This document shows, piece after piece, positions 1-12,571 of a stretch of 64,000 nucleotides of DNA (the first letter of the stretch is position 1; each line of letters opens with the position of its first letter). This DNA comes from Mobula hypostoma. Taxonomy: Eukaryota. Where the stretch lies: NCBI RefSeq assembly GCF_963921235.1, contig NC_086107.1, forward strand, positions 109,556,001 through 109,620,000, in the 5' to 3' direction. The position numbers and the translations under genes were made by a program. The notes below the pieces were generated by a model. It saw only the letters and a program-made list of their open reading frames with translations. It was not told where the DNA came from and searched no databases.

Positions 1-139
1 GTTTCCACCCTCGGAAGAAGTCTCTGGCTGCTCCTTATCATCTTGTATATCAAGTCGTCGCTCATCCGCCTTCGCTCCAAAGAGGAAATCCCCCGCTCCT
101 TCAAAGCAACACTCAAGCACACAAAGGAGGCTAGGGTGA

Positions 140-1260
140 TGGGGTGGCGTAGTGAGCACAACACTCTACAGTACCAGCGGCCCGGGTTCAATTCCTGCTG
201 CAGCCTTGTGAGGAGTTAGTCATAGTCATAGTCATAGTCATACTTTATTGATCCCGGGGGAAATTGGTTTTCGTTACAGTTGCACCATAAATAATTAAAT
301 AGTAATAAAACCATAAATAATTAAATAGTAATATGTAAATTATGCTAGGAAATAAGTCCAGGACCAGCCTATTGGCTCAGGTTGTCTGACCCTCCAAGGG
401 AGGAGTTGTAAAGTTTGATGGCCACAGGCAGGAATGACTTCCTATGACGCTCTGTGTTGCATCTCGGTGGAATGAGTCTCTGGCTGAATGTACTCCTGTG
501 CCCACCCAGTACATTATGTAGTGGATGGGAGGCATTGACCAAGATGGCATGCAACTTGGACAGCATCCTCTTTTCAGACACCACCGTGAGAGAGACGAGT
601 TCCATCCCCACAACATCACTGGCCTTACGAATGAGTTTGTTGATTCTGCTGGTGTCTGCTACCCTCAGCCTGCTGCCCCAGCACACAACAGCAAACATGA
701 TAGCACTGGCCACCACAGACTCGGAGAACATCCTCAGCATCGTCTGGCAGATGTTAAAGGACCTCAGTCTCCTCAGGAAATAGAGACGGCTCTGACCCTT
801 CTTGTAGACAGCCTCAGTGTTCTTTGACCAGTCCAGTTTATTGTCAATTCGTATCCCCGGGTATTTGTAATCCTCCACCATGTCCACACTGATTCCCTGG
901 ATGGAAATAGGGGTCACCGGTACCTTAGCTCTGCTCAGGTCTACCACCAGCTCCTTAGTCTTTTTCACATTAAGCTGCAGATAATTCTGCTCACACCATG
1001 TGTCAAAGTTTACTACCGTAGCCCTGTACTCAGCCTCATCTCCCTTGCTGATGCATCCAACTATGGCAGAGTCATCCGAAAACTTCTGAAGATGACAAGA
1101 CTCTGTACGTTCTCCCTGTGGCTGGGTGGGTTTCCTCCGGGTGTTCCGGTTTCGCCCACAGCCCAAAGATGCACCGGTTAGTAGGTCAATTGGTCATTGT
1201 AAATTGTCCTGACATTAGGCTTGGGTTAAATTGGGGGTTGCTGAGCAACATGGATCAAAG
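140..1260 (+). mobile_element. tRNA-derived V-SINE (HE1-like) split by the Rex1-like insertion (halves ~140-217 and ~1104-1260)
   Basis: B-box gggttcaattcc; central gggtttcctccgggtgttccggtttc block; halves rejoin as aggagtt|tgtacgtt. Confidence 0.75.
218..1104 (-). mobile_element. 5'-truncated Rex1/Babar-like LINE (RT C-terminus, 3'UTR, (TATGAC)n tail)
   Basis: ORF 369..1166 has FSDDSAIVG...LNVKKTKELVVD...RLYFLRRL; AATAAA plus short tandem tail. Confidence 0.88.
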
Positions 1261-2470
1261 GAGTGGAATGGCTTCAAAGGTTCAAAGGTGCAACTTAATG
1301 TCAGAGAAATGTATACAATATACATCCTGAAATGCGTTTTCTTCACAAACATCCACGGAAACAGAGAAGTGCCCCAGAGAATGAATGACAGTTAAACGTA
1401 AGAACCCCAAAGCACCCTCCCTCATCTCCCCTCCCTCCTGCGCGTAAGCGGCAGCAAGCAACAATCCCCCCTCCCCCCACCGGCAAAAAAAAGCATCAGC
1501 ACCCATCACATAGCACTCAAGCGTGAGCAAAGCAACAGTAAAGACACAGACTAGCAGTTACCCCAACGGTTTCACGTTTCACCTGGCATTCGACTGCTTA
1601 TTCTGCACTGTACCTCAATAAATAAACTCAGCATATCCCCGTCAACTCTTAACAAATTTTCATTGAAGGCGTTCTGTCGGCACACATAGCGGCCTGGTAC
1701 GGCGACTGCCCTGCACGCGACCGCGGGAAACTGCAGGCAGTCACGTTACGCGAGGGTAAATGGAAGCAGGTTTTTTCCCGCTGAGGTTGGGTGGGACTGC
1801 AACCAGAGGTCATGGGCTCAGGGTGAAAGGTCAAATGTTTAAGGGGAACACGAGGGGGGAGCTTCTTTGCTCAGAGCTTGGCAAGAGTGTGGAACGAGCC
1901 GCTGGCACAAGTGGTGCATGCAAGCTCGATTTCAACAGATCAGAGAAGTTTGGATAGGTGCATGGATGGGAGGGCTATGGTCCCGGTGCAGGTCAACGAG
2001 AGTAGACAGTTTAAATATTCCAGCACAGACTAGATGGGCTGAAGGGTCTGTTTCTATGCACTACTTTTCTATGACTTTATGACAGTTGCAGACACAGCTC
2101 AGCACATCACAGAAACCAGCGTCCCCTCCACTGGCTCTATAAAACAGCGAGCAGAATCAGAGACCCTACTCACCCCAGACATTCTCAGTTCTCCCCTCTC
2201 CCGTCAGGCAGAGGATACTAAAGCCTGAGCGCACGTACCACCAGGCTCAAGGACAGCGTCTACCCCACTGTCATCAGACCCTTGAATGGATCTCCTGTAT
2301 GACAAGATGGGCTCTTGGCCTCACAATCTACCTCGTTATGATCTTGCATTTGATCACTTACCTGCACTGCACTTTTTCAGTAGCTGTTCAGAGTTCAAAG
2401 TAAAATTTATTATCAGAGTATTTACATGTCACCACATACAACCCTGAGATTCTTCTTCTGTGGGCATACT

Positions 2471-3310
2471 TAGATTAGATTAGATTAGATTCAATTTTGT
2501 TGTCATTGTGCCAAGTACAGATACAAAGCCAATGAAATGCAGTTAGCATCTGACCAGAAATGCAAAGTATAGTGTTATTTACAAAATAACTACGAATAAA
2601 AAAAGTGCTACAGCACACAAATATAAAAGTACTGAGACAGTACAATATGGATGCAATACTGCTTAGCACTGTGATGAGAGGTTCAGCAGGGTCACAGCCT
2701 CAGGGAAGAAGCTCTTCCTGTGCCTGCTGGTGTGGGAGCGGAGGCTCCTGTAGCACCTACCGGATGGGAGAAGAGTAAAAAGTCCATGGTTAGGGTGAGA
2801 TGCATCCCTGATAATGCTTTTCGCCCTGCCCAGGCAGCGTTTATGGTAGATGTTCTCAATGGTGGGCAACTGGGTGCCGATAATCTGCCGGGCAGTTTTC
2901 ACCACACGCTGGAGTGCTTTGCGGTCTGATACAGGAAAATTGCCATACCACACTGAGATGCAGTTGGTGAGTATGCTCTCAATGGTACAGTGGTAAAAGT
3001 CCGTCAGTATCCTGGGACAGAGGTGAGCTTTCTTGATGCTCCGCAGGAAATAAAGGCACTGTTGCACCTTTTTGATCAGGATGGAGGAGTTCAGGGACCA
3101 GGTGAGATCCTCGGAAATGTGGACACCAAGGAATTTGAAGCTTGATACACACTCCACTACACTTCTGTTGATGTAGATGGGGACGTGAGTGTGACTCCTG
3201 GCATGCCTGAAGCCCACAATGATCTCCTTGGTCCTCTGGGTGTTAAGGGCCAGGTTGTTGTCGGCACACCATGCAGCCAGGTGCTGGACCTCATCCCTGT
3301 GGGCCATCTC
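2471..3310 (-). mobile_element. Rex1/Babar-like LINE 3' fragment, second family, (CTAAT)n tail
   Basis: ORF 2663..3307 WCADNNLALNTQRTKEIIV...FKFLGVHIS...LLPSGR; microsatellite tail. Confidence 0.88.
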
Positions 3311-3594
3311 GTTACCTTTCTAAGTTACACTTTATTCAACATTCTGCTACTGTTTTACCTTTTTCCAGTTCAATGCACTGTGTAATGATTTGATCTGTAT
3401 TAACAATACACAAGACAAGTTTTTCCCTCAGTATATGCGACAACAGTATACAAATTTCAATGTCAAAATGCTGGAGGAACTCAGCAGGTCAGGCAGCATC
3501 TATGGAGGGGAATAAATGGTCAAAGTTTCGGGCTGATATCTTTAATCAGGACTTGATCAAATCCCTTGCATTAAACCAAGCCAAGTCAAGTTTA

Positions 3595-3833
3595 AAAACG
3601 CAGACACGAGGAAATCTACAGATGCTGGAAATTCAAGCAACACACACAAAAAATGCTGGTGAACGCAGCAGGTCAGGCAGCATCTATAGGAAGAGGTACA
3701 GTCGACCTTCTGGGCCGGGACCCTTCATCAGGACTAACTGAAAGAAGAAATAATAAGAGATTTGAAAGTCTTCCTCTTCCTATAGATGCTGCCTGACCTG
3801 CTGTGTTCACCAGCATTTTTTGTGTGTGTTGCT
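3595..3833. mobile_element. Penelope-like LTR fragment with inverted partial copy
   Basis: ~3637-3696 is the reverse complement of ~3772-3833; TSD caagt(c/g)aagttta at 3582-3594 and 3834-3846. Confidence 0.75.
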
Positions 3834-4029
3834 CAAGTGAAGTTTATGGTCATTTAACTATATGCTGGACATGTCTTCTGCCAAATGAGGTGTTTCTCCA
3901 AACCAGGGCGTAAAGTTTCAAAAATTGACTTAATTTATTCCTTACATACTTCACAAACATGAAGAGTAAAAATCTTTACGTTACATCTCCATCTAAATGT
4001 GCAAGGTGCAATCATAGTAACTTATAATA

Positions 4030-5070
4030 ATTTATAATAAATAGAACAGTCAATATAATATAGAGTACATTCAAGTCAGCGTGAGTTTATCCGTCTGATT
4101 GCCTGGTGGAAGAAGCTGTCCCGGAGCCTGTTGGTCCTGGCTTTTATGCTGCGGTACTGTTTCCCGGATGGTAGCAGCTGGAATAGATTATGGTTGGGAT
4201 GGCTTGGGTCCCTAACGATCCTACGGGCCCTTTTTACACACCTGTCCTTGTAAAGGTAAGGGGTGGGAAGTTCAAGGGGGATATTACAGGAAGGTTTTTT
4301 ACTCAGAGAGTGGTTGGTGTGTGGAATGCACTGCCTGAGTCAGTGGTGGAGGCAGATACACTAGTGAAGTTTAAGAGACTACTAGACAGGTATATGGAGG
4401 AATCTAAGGTGGCGGCTTATATGGGAGGCAGGGTTTGAGGGTCGGCACAACATTGTGGGCTGAAGGGCCTGTACTGTGCTGTACTATTCTATGTTCTATG
4501 TTCTATGTTAAATGTCCTGGATCATGGGAAGTTCACATCTACAGATGCACTGGGCTGTCCGCACCACTCTCTGCAGAGTCCTGTGATTGATGGAAGTACA
4601 GTTCCCATACCAAGCAGTGATGCAGCCAGTCAGGATGCTCTCAGTTGTGCCCCTGAAGAAAGTTCTTAGAATTTGGGGGCCCATACCAAACTTCCTCAAC
4701 CAACTGAGGTGAAAGAGGCACTGTTGTGCCTTTTTCACCACACAGCTGGTATGTACAGACCACGAAAGGACCTCGTGTGGATGCCGAGGAACTTAAAGCT
4801 GTTTACCTTCTCAAACGCAGATCCACTGATGTCAATAGGGCATCATTAGCCAGTCTCCATTCCTCCTGTAATCCACAATCAGCTCCTTCGTTTTTGCGAC
4901 ATTGAGGGAGAGGTTGTTTTCTTGACACCACTGTGTCAGAGAGATCACTTCTTCCTGTAGGCCACCTCGTTATTGTTTGAGTTAAAGCCAATCAATGTAG
5001 TGTCATCAGCAAATTTAATTAGCAGATTGGAGCTGTGGTGGCAATACAGTCATGGGTATACGGGGAGTAG
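4030..5070 (-). mobile_element. Decayed Rex1-like LINE interrupted by a + strand CR1 3' end (~4255-4507, (TTCTATG)n tail)
   Basis: ORF 4508..4741 ESILTGCITAWYGN; ORF 4190..4438 FFTQRVVGVWNALP. Confidence 0.8.
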
Positions 5071-5266
5071 AGGAGTAATACACAACACACATAACACACA
5101 ATAATTTATGAAAGGAAGGATGAAATCTACAGTTGGATTACACATAAATAAACAAACTGAAGTGCATAAATTAAATATTGTAAGATACAGAACAGATTAA
5201 CCAGTGACACCTCGAATGCCAGGGGGGAAAGATTGTTTCCCATCTTGACCGTTCTTGATTTTATGC

Positions 5267-6175
5267 ACGCAAACACGGGGAATTCTGCAGATGCTGGAAA
5301 TTCAAGCAACATGCATCAAAGTTACTGGTGAACGCAGCAGGCCAGGCAGCATCTCTAGGAAGAGGTACAGTCGACGTTTCGGGCCGAGACCCTTCGTCAG
5401 GACCAACTGAAAGAAGAGCTAGTAAGAAATTTGAAAGTGGGAAGGGGAGGGAGCGATCCAAAATGATAGGAGAAAACAGGAGGGGGAGGGATGGAGCCAA
5501 GAGCTGGACAGGTGATTGGCAAAGGGGATATGAGAGGATCATGGGACAGGAGGCTCAGGGAGAAAGAAAAGGAGGGGGGATAACCCAGAGCATGGGCAAG
5601 GGGTATAGTGAGAGGGACAGAGGGAGAAAAAGAAGAGAGAGAAAAAGAATGTGTGTATATAAATAAATAACGGATGGGGTACGAGGGGGAGGTGGGGCAT
5701 TAGCGGAAGTTTGAGAAGTCAATGTTCATGCCATCAGGTTGGAGGCTACCCAGACGGAATATAAGGTGTTGTTCCTCCAACCTGAGTGTGGCTTCATCTT
5801 TACAGTAGAGGAGGCCGTGGATAGACATATCAGAATGGGAAAGGGATGTGGAATTAAAATGTGTGGCCACTGGGAGATCCTGCTTTCTCTGGCAGACAGA
5901 GCGTAGGTGTTCAGCAAAGCGGTCTCCCAGTCTGCGTCGGGTCTCCCCAATATATAGAAGGCCATATCAGGAGCACCGGATGCAGTATATCACCCCAGCC
6001 GACTCACAGGTGAAGTGTTGCCTCACCTGGAAGGACTGTCTGGGGTCCTGAATGGTGGTAAGAGAGGAAATGTAAGGGCATGTGTAGCACTTGTTCCACT
6101 TACAAGGATAAGTGCCAGGAGGGAGATTGGTGGGGGGGGATGGGGGGGATGGGGGGGAGACGAATGGACAAGGGA
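5267..6175 (-). mobile_element. Penelope-like element 3' part: GIY-YIG endonuclease remnant plus pseudo-LTR
   Basis: Minus-strand translation FTCESAGVIYCIRCS*YGLLYIGETRRRLGDRFAEHLRSV...EQHLIFRLGSLQPDGMNIDFSNFR* (stop 5700-5702; one internal stop). Confidence 0.9.
5369..5404 (-). ncRNA. Minimal type-I hammerhead ribozyme motif with intact core
   Basis: GGUC-CUGACGA-A-GGGU(CUCG)GCCC-GAAA-CG-UC^GACU; predicted cleavage between 5373 and 5372. Confidence 0.75.
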
Positions 6176-7221
6176 TCAGGATTTCCTATCATAGAGGAGG
6201 CTGGATGGATGGGTGAGATTTTTTAATAATGCTAAGGGCCCCTCATTCACAGCACTCCTGATAAAAGTCCTCGATGGATGGTGGGAAGATCCCTGCAATC
6301 CTCTCAGCCATTCTCACGGTCATTTGTAGGGACTTCCAGTCCGATGGTCGGCTGCTCCCATACAGGATGGAGATGCAACTTGTCAGAACGATTTGGCCTA
6401 AACTCTGGTTCGGCCACACTTGAGTATTGTAATGCAGTTCTGGTTTCCCCAACACTGAGATGTTCCCACAACCTAAGGACTCTTCATTTCATGTTCTCAA
6501 TATTTATTACTTGTTTATTTATCATTATTTTTACTTTTTAGTATCTGCAGAGTTTGTGGTCTTTTGCACATTGGTTGTTTGTCCATCCTGTTGGGTGCGG
6601 TCTTTCACCGATTCTGTTGTTTTTCGCTGTATTTACTGTGAATGCCCACAAGAAAATGAATCTCAGGGTTGTATATAGTGACATATATGTACTTTGATAA
6701 TAAATTTACTTTGAAACAGCGTGTGCAGATTCACTGTTTAGATTCCAATGTTATAACAAAATCCACATCTCTGACAGTTGGCTGTAACGGATGTGGCTAT
6801 AAAGTGCTGGAGACTTGGAATTCTTTCCTTGTGGGTGGGGTAACCTTTCTGTCTACTTGTCTTTCAGTGAAGCGTATCCACCCCCAGCACATGCAGCCTG
6901 GAGACAGCTCTGGGAGTTGTCTTTACGTGCTATAGTTAGGAGGTTTTGCCACCTACTGGTGTGGAGCAGTATCACAGCCATCTTCAACTCTCCTCCACAC
7001 TTCCAATCTCACTGCAGACTGGACAAAATGAATCTGGCAAAGTGTGTGGTGTTTTTCTGATCACAAGTTGGGATCATCTACCCTCTTCTGAACGGTGGCG
7101 CAGTACTGTGGCAATTAGCCCAACGCTGCACCAATCACCAGCCTGGGATACCGCAATACTGTAGCAGTGGCCTAGGCACTTCTGGAGATTCACTTCCTGT
7201 CTCTGCTGTTTTATTAATGTA

Positions 7222-7710
7222 CACTCAGTGGCCTATTTATCAGGTAAACCTTATTAATGCAAATACCTAATCAGCCAATCATGCAGCAGCAACTCAAAGC
7301 ATAAAAGCATGTAGACATGGTCAAGAGGTTCAGTTGTCGTTTAGACCAAACATAAGAATGGGGAAGAAATGTGACTGCGCAATGATTGCTGGTGCCAGAT
7401 GGGGTGGTTTGAGTATTTCAGAAACGGCCAATCTGGGATTCTCACATACAACAGTTTCCAGAGTTTACAGAGAATGGTGCAAAGAAAAAAACATTTAGTA
7501 AACTGCAGTTCTGTGGGTGAAAACGCCTTGTGAATGAATTCAGCTGAGAATGGACAGACCGGTTCAAGCTAACAGGAAGGGAACAGTAACGCAAATAACC
7601 ATGTGTTACAACAGTGGTGCGAAGAAGAGCATCTCTGAACGCACAACACATCAAACCTTGAAGCGGATAGGCTACAGCAGCAGAAGACCATGAACGTACA
7701 CTCAGTGGCC
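7222..7710 (+). mobile_element. Tc1-like deletion derivative (N-terminal HTH remnant)
   Basis: TIR cactcagtggcc..ttat.aggta preceded by TA; same family as the 31458, 51559, 56315 and 59356 copies. Confidence 0.8.
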
Positions 7711-10029
7711 AAGAACTGAAAAGTCGATAGCAAGTGGTAGATCTTTGAGAACCCCCACTGCTCTCTTCTCACTGCTGCATTTGGGAAGGAGGTACAGGAG
7801 CCTCAGGTCCCACGCCACCAGGTTCGGGAACAGTCGCTACCCCTCAAACTATCAGGCTCTTGAACAAGTGTAGACAACTTCACTCACCTCAACACCGAAC
7901 TGAATCCACAGCCTATAGCCTCACTTTCAAGAACTCTATGACTCATGTTGTCAGTATTATTTTGTGATTATTTATGTACCGTTTATTTTTTTTGTATTTG
8001 CACAATAGGCCTTCCTTTGCACATTGGTTGTTGGTTAGCCTTTGGTGTAGTTTGTCATTGATTCCGTAGTATTTCTTTGTTCTACTGTTAATGCCTGCAA
8101 GGAAATGAATCTCAAGGTGGTATATTTGCTTTGATGTCTTGTACTTTGAACACGGAAGGCATTGCACTTGTTTCTTCTACACAAGATGAAGAACTCTGGC
8201 CTTCAGCCCAGTGCGTCAGGCAAAGAGGCAGGTTCAACATTTCTCATCTGGGGCAGACTCAAACTAGAGGGGGCCGATTGGCCTCATCCGTTTCCACCAC
8301 AAAAATATTCCCAATTTTTCAAATTCCAAGTTCTTGGAAACTCATCAACTAATCCCCAATGTTCCCTCTTCTGATACTGCGACCACGAGACCTAGGGTCA
8401 GCATTAGGCCATTCAGCCCACCAAGTCTGCTCCACCATTCTATCACGGCTCCTTTACTATCCCTCTCAACCCCATTCTCCTGCCGTCTTGACAAATCAAG
8501 AGGCTATCAACCTCCACTTAAAACATACCCAATAACTTGGCCTCAACAGCTGTCTGGGGCAGTGAACTCCACCAATTCACCACCTGCTGGTGAGATTCCT
8601 CCTTCAGAACAAGAGTTCACATCCTTTTTTAATGCCATGGACCCTTACCATTAACCGAGGGGTCCGTGGACCTCAGACTGTAGAGCATGGAATACCTTCT
8701 GAAGAATCAGTGATGCAGTCTTTCATTGATTGGTATTATGGTTATTATTCTATTGTTGAATTTATTGAGTATGCCCACAAGAAAATAAATCCCACAGTTG
8801 TATATGTACTTTGAATTTTGAAGGTATAACATTTAGATGGAGGATGGGTTGGAGATATAAATTTTGGATACAACAAAGGAAATGCCATTTGTTTTGTTGA
8901 CATTGAGGAAAAGGTTGTCATAAAACCATGTCACTAAGCCCTCTATCTCCTCCAAGAGGATCACAACACAGGTTCGGGGGTCCAGCTCAGGGCTAACAAC
9001 CCTGACCGGTCAGACAAAATTGTGACAGGAACAGCAATGCAGGATCTTTCTGCATCTGGGCACAATGGTACTGACAGACAGAGATGCAGGACTTTCACAG
9101 CTGTCCTAAACACCAGTAGGGATAACAGGCAACAAAAACAAAAACTTCCCATCTCTTGCTTGTACCCCAACGTTGTTATTTAAGATGCAGACCACTACAG
9201 TGGTATTATCGGGGGAAGAAAAAACTTGTAGATAAATGGTGTAAGTTGAGTGGGACTACAACCAGAGGTCGTGGCTTAAGGGTTAAAGGTGAAAAGTTTA
9301 AAGGGAACATGAAGGGAAACTCCATGAATGTGTGGAATAAGCTGGCACCACAAGTGGTCCATGTGAGCTCAATTTCAACGTTCAAGAGAAATCTGGATAG
9401 GTTTATGTGGTAGGGGTACAGAAGAAGGCGCAGGTTGTTGGGAATAGGCAGCTTAAATGGTTAAACATAGACTAGATGGGCCAAAGGGCCTGTTTTTGTG
9501 CTGTACTTTATGGCTCCAAATTCACGAGGTCACACAGTCGTGTGTGTACAGGGAGCAGAGTTGGGGGGAGGGGGGCTAAGGACATAACCTTGAGGACCAA
9601 TGTTGAGAATAATTGTGATAACAGTGTTGCTGCCCATCCTTACTAACTGCAGTGTGCTGGTGATGTTACATTTCATTTACTGGACTGATAAACTAATATT
9701 CCACAGAACAGAGTTCAAATCCCACTACGGCAAATGAATTTTAAACAGTGCGACAAAACTAGAGGATCGTCTCTTCCTGAAGAGCGTGGAATAATTTCTG
9801 AAGGTATCCTATTCAGATTTAGAACCTTGCCATTGCGACCCACTCCTACTTTCGAGTCCAAATGCACAGAAGTCAAGCTGGAGGGCATTAAACTCTGGGT
9901 CAAGGTCACAACCTGAGGCAGCATCACCCATGAGTCAGAAGCATTGGACTGAGAATCTTCAGCCAAATGTTGTGTTAGGAAGATGACGAACTCGACCAAA
10001 CATCCCCATAACAACCACGAAAACAAGGT

Positions 10030-10035
10030 TTTATT
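10030..10035 (-). terminator. Putative polyadenylation signal
   Basis: Minus strand reads tgtAATAAAaccttgttttcgtggttgttatggggatgtttgg (hexamer followed by a GU/U-rich tract). Confidence 0.6.
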
Positions 10036-11129
10036 ACAAACGTACTTTAATGACTTTGAATGAACATTTACAGTGAGATAGCACACCCAGCTGTGCTGGA
10101 GACAGTCCCTGCTCCAATATAAACACAAAATGTACCCCTAACTGTACATCATAAGCCTAACCTAACAATAGTTAAAGGTGAATGATTAAAAGAGTTCGGG
10201 TGGTCAATGGTGCTGGGGAGAACTGGGAAACAGATGGCGAGGTGGAGTTGAGGAGGTCAGAAAGTCACGTAAGTCCCAAAGCTGGCACCTTCTTGCAATT
10301 TGTGGCCAGCCCTGGGTTAGGCACAAAAGCTACTTTTAACTGCTCGACAGTGAACACAAGTCAATGCTTTACCCCTCCAGTGCCAAAATACTATAGAAGA
10401 CTTGACTGGTACATCCCACCACAAGATGGTGTTCACTTCGGGCAGAAGGTCCCGGACACAGAAGGGAAGCGGACAGAGTTTGATATCTTTATTCCTTTGG
10501 GACTGGGGCTTCCTCTTCTTGACCTTGAACTTTCAACCCTTCAACCAAATCTCTGCAAGACTCCAAGGAGCACCTTCAGGAAAGATACCCTCAAACATCA
10601 CTTTCCAGGGCTGGGAGGTGACACGCCAGCTCTGGTCTGCATTGACTGGTGGAGTATTGCCGAGGAACAGACTGGCATGGTCGAGCAGTGGACTGGCCAA
10701 TCCCAGTGTACAATGGCGCCTATGGTCTGCGGTGAGCATTGCATTCTGGTCTGTGTTGCCCAGTAAAAGGGGGGGGGGGAGAAAAGAATCCCTCATTGTT
10801 ACAACCACATAAATAGCGGGATCCATCTTCTACTTCACCCAAGCACCCAGGACATCCCAAAGCAAACAGAACAGTGAAATGATCAAAATCTTTGGCTATC
10901 AATCATCAAGCATCATGAAATTATGGTAATCGAGCACCCTCAGGACTGTGGAGATGCCAGAATGGATTTATATCCTGCACCCTTACTGTTTGAGATGGTG
11001 TAAATGGAAAACAGGCTCCAAACACCCAACATGTACAGCCCATGCATTCAAGGGAGTGTTTGGGAGACCTCTGCGACAGCTTTGCCATTTCCCTCAGGGG
11101 CCTTCTCCCGGAAGGGATACGTTTGTGAC

Positions 11130-11362
11130 AATACGGTTCGCACCGCACTTTACGGTGCGGACGACCCAGGTTCAATTCCTGCTGCTGCCTGCAAGGAGTT
11201 TGTATATTCTCCTCGTGACCATGTGGGTTTCCTCCAACAGTCCAGGGACGTACTGGTTGGTAGGTTAATTGGTCATTGTAAATTGTCCTGTGATTAGGCC
11301 AAGATTGAATTGGGGGATTGCTCGAAGGGCTGATAGGGCCTATTCCGCGCTGTATCTCAGTA
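11130..11362 (+). mobile_element. V-SINE (HE1-like) copy. Similar copies lie near 25670-25880, 26460-26750, 30000-30275, 33230-33720, 39710-39975, 42500-42740, 49260-49550, 50270-50510 and 57250-57440
   Basis: ggttcaattcc B-box, gggtttcctcc block, ttaattggtcattgtaaattgtcc. Confidence 0.75.
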
Positions 11363-12366
11363 AAATTTGAAAAATATATCATTTCATCTTGGAGAAATCA
11401 GAATAACCGAGCGAAACAGCTGCATTTCAGACTTACGAACTCTTCAGATTACGAGGGATTCTCTGGAGCAGAAGTCTGGCGTAACCTGGGCAGGACAGGT
11501 AATTGGCTTTCCGGTGAGCCCAGAAAGCTTGCGGGAAGTACGGGAATTGGCCAGTGACACAGTGGAGGAGGCCCACTGTTCACCGGGGGAGCGAGCACGG
11601 TGATGGCAGCACCAATCAAGTGGCCTGTTATTCACTGACCAATCAGGAATGGAATTAGCCACACCCAGACATCCCCAACTAGTCACAGGCAAGTCAGCAA
11701 TTGGACAACACTGGAGGGAGACTCGGAACAAAATGTACAACTTGGCAAGAACATGAATCAACAGGGAAGCTCATAAGATGTCAAGATGCTCTGCTAAGGG
11801 GCTGTTAAAGGCTGGAAATGTGGGAATGTAGAAGTTTGCATTGGGACAATTCCACACACACCTCCCCCAGCCTCCTAATCCTGGCCCCTCATGTCAACAT
11901 TCTTGTCTCTGTCGGATGCTAAGGGAGGGAAATGATAATGCGAATGGTCACTGGAGTCTGCACACACACCCAGGGGCAGCCAATGTGAAGCCCAATGCTG
12001 GTGTACAACAGGAGTAGGTTAATTCCGTCCAGGAAGGCAGTTGCAATTAGAAATGGGTACAAAAGGGGGCTTGCAAATCCCAAGGAATGGCACATGAAGG
12101 ATGGGGGCGAGATGGGAAACTGAGAGCTGGAAACATCTGCAGAATCCTGTAATGACCAATGTTGTAGAAAGACATCAGGCACTTGGGTAGCAATTGGCCT
12201 GTCCTGTTTACAGTCTCAACAGGAAATTCTGACCGCAGCTACGGATGGCAGTAGCGGGAGCGGGAATCCCACTTGACAAGCACCAGGAATGACAGAATTC
12301 CGGGACCAGAGGAATGCTATGGTCATGGATCAACACTGTCACCTTAGCCTTTGTCCAGCTCTTCAC

Positions 12367-12571
12367 CACTGTTCCCTCTAAGCTACACGGCCGCACAGTA
12401 ACCACAATGCTTCCATGTACATAGCCGTCGTTGCCGCGCAATTTCATGTAATTTTCTTATACGTAATGTTTTATTAAAGTGCCACGCAGTGTTCAGGCAG
12501 TGTAAAAATTTCCTGCTTAGAGCAACGGTTGGTCCACACAGCTGTTTAAAAATAAATTAGAGAGAATGTTG
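12367..12571. mobile_element. hAT-type MITE
   Basis: Termini cactgttccctctaa / ttagagagaatgttg; 8-bp TSD ctcttcac / ctcctcac. Confidence 0.7.

Noticed and set aside
10182..10766. 194-aa plus-strand ORF as a separate gene
   Set aside because: No recognisable domain; antisense to the putative RRAS 3'UTR; consistent with a chance ORF
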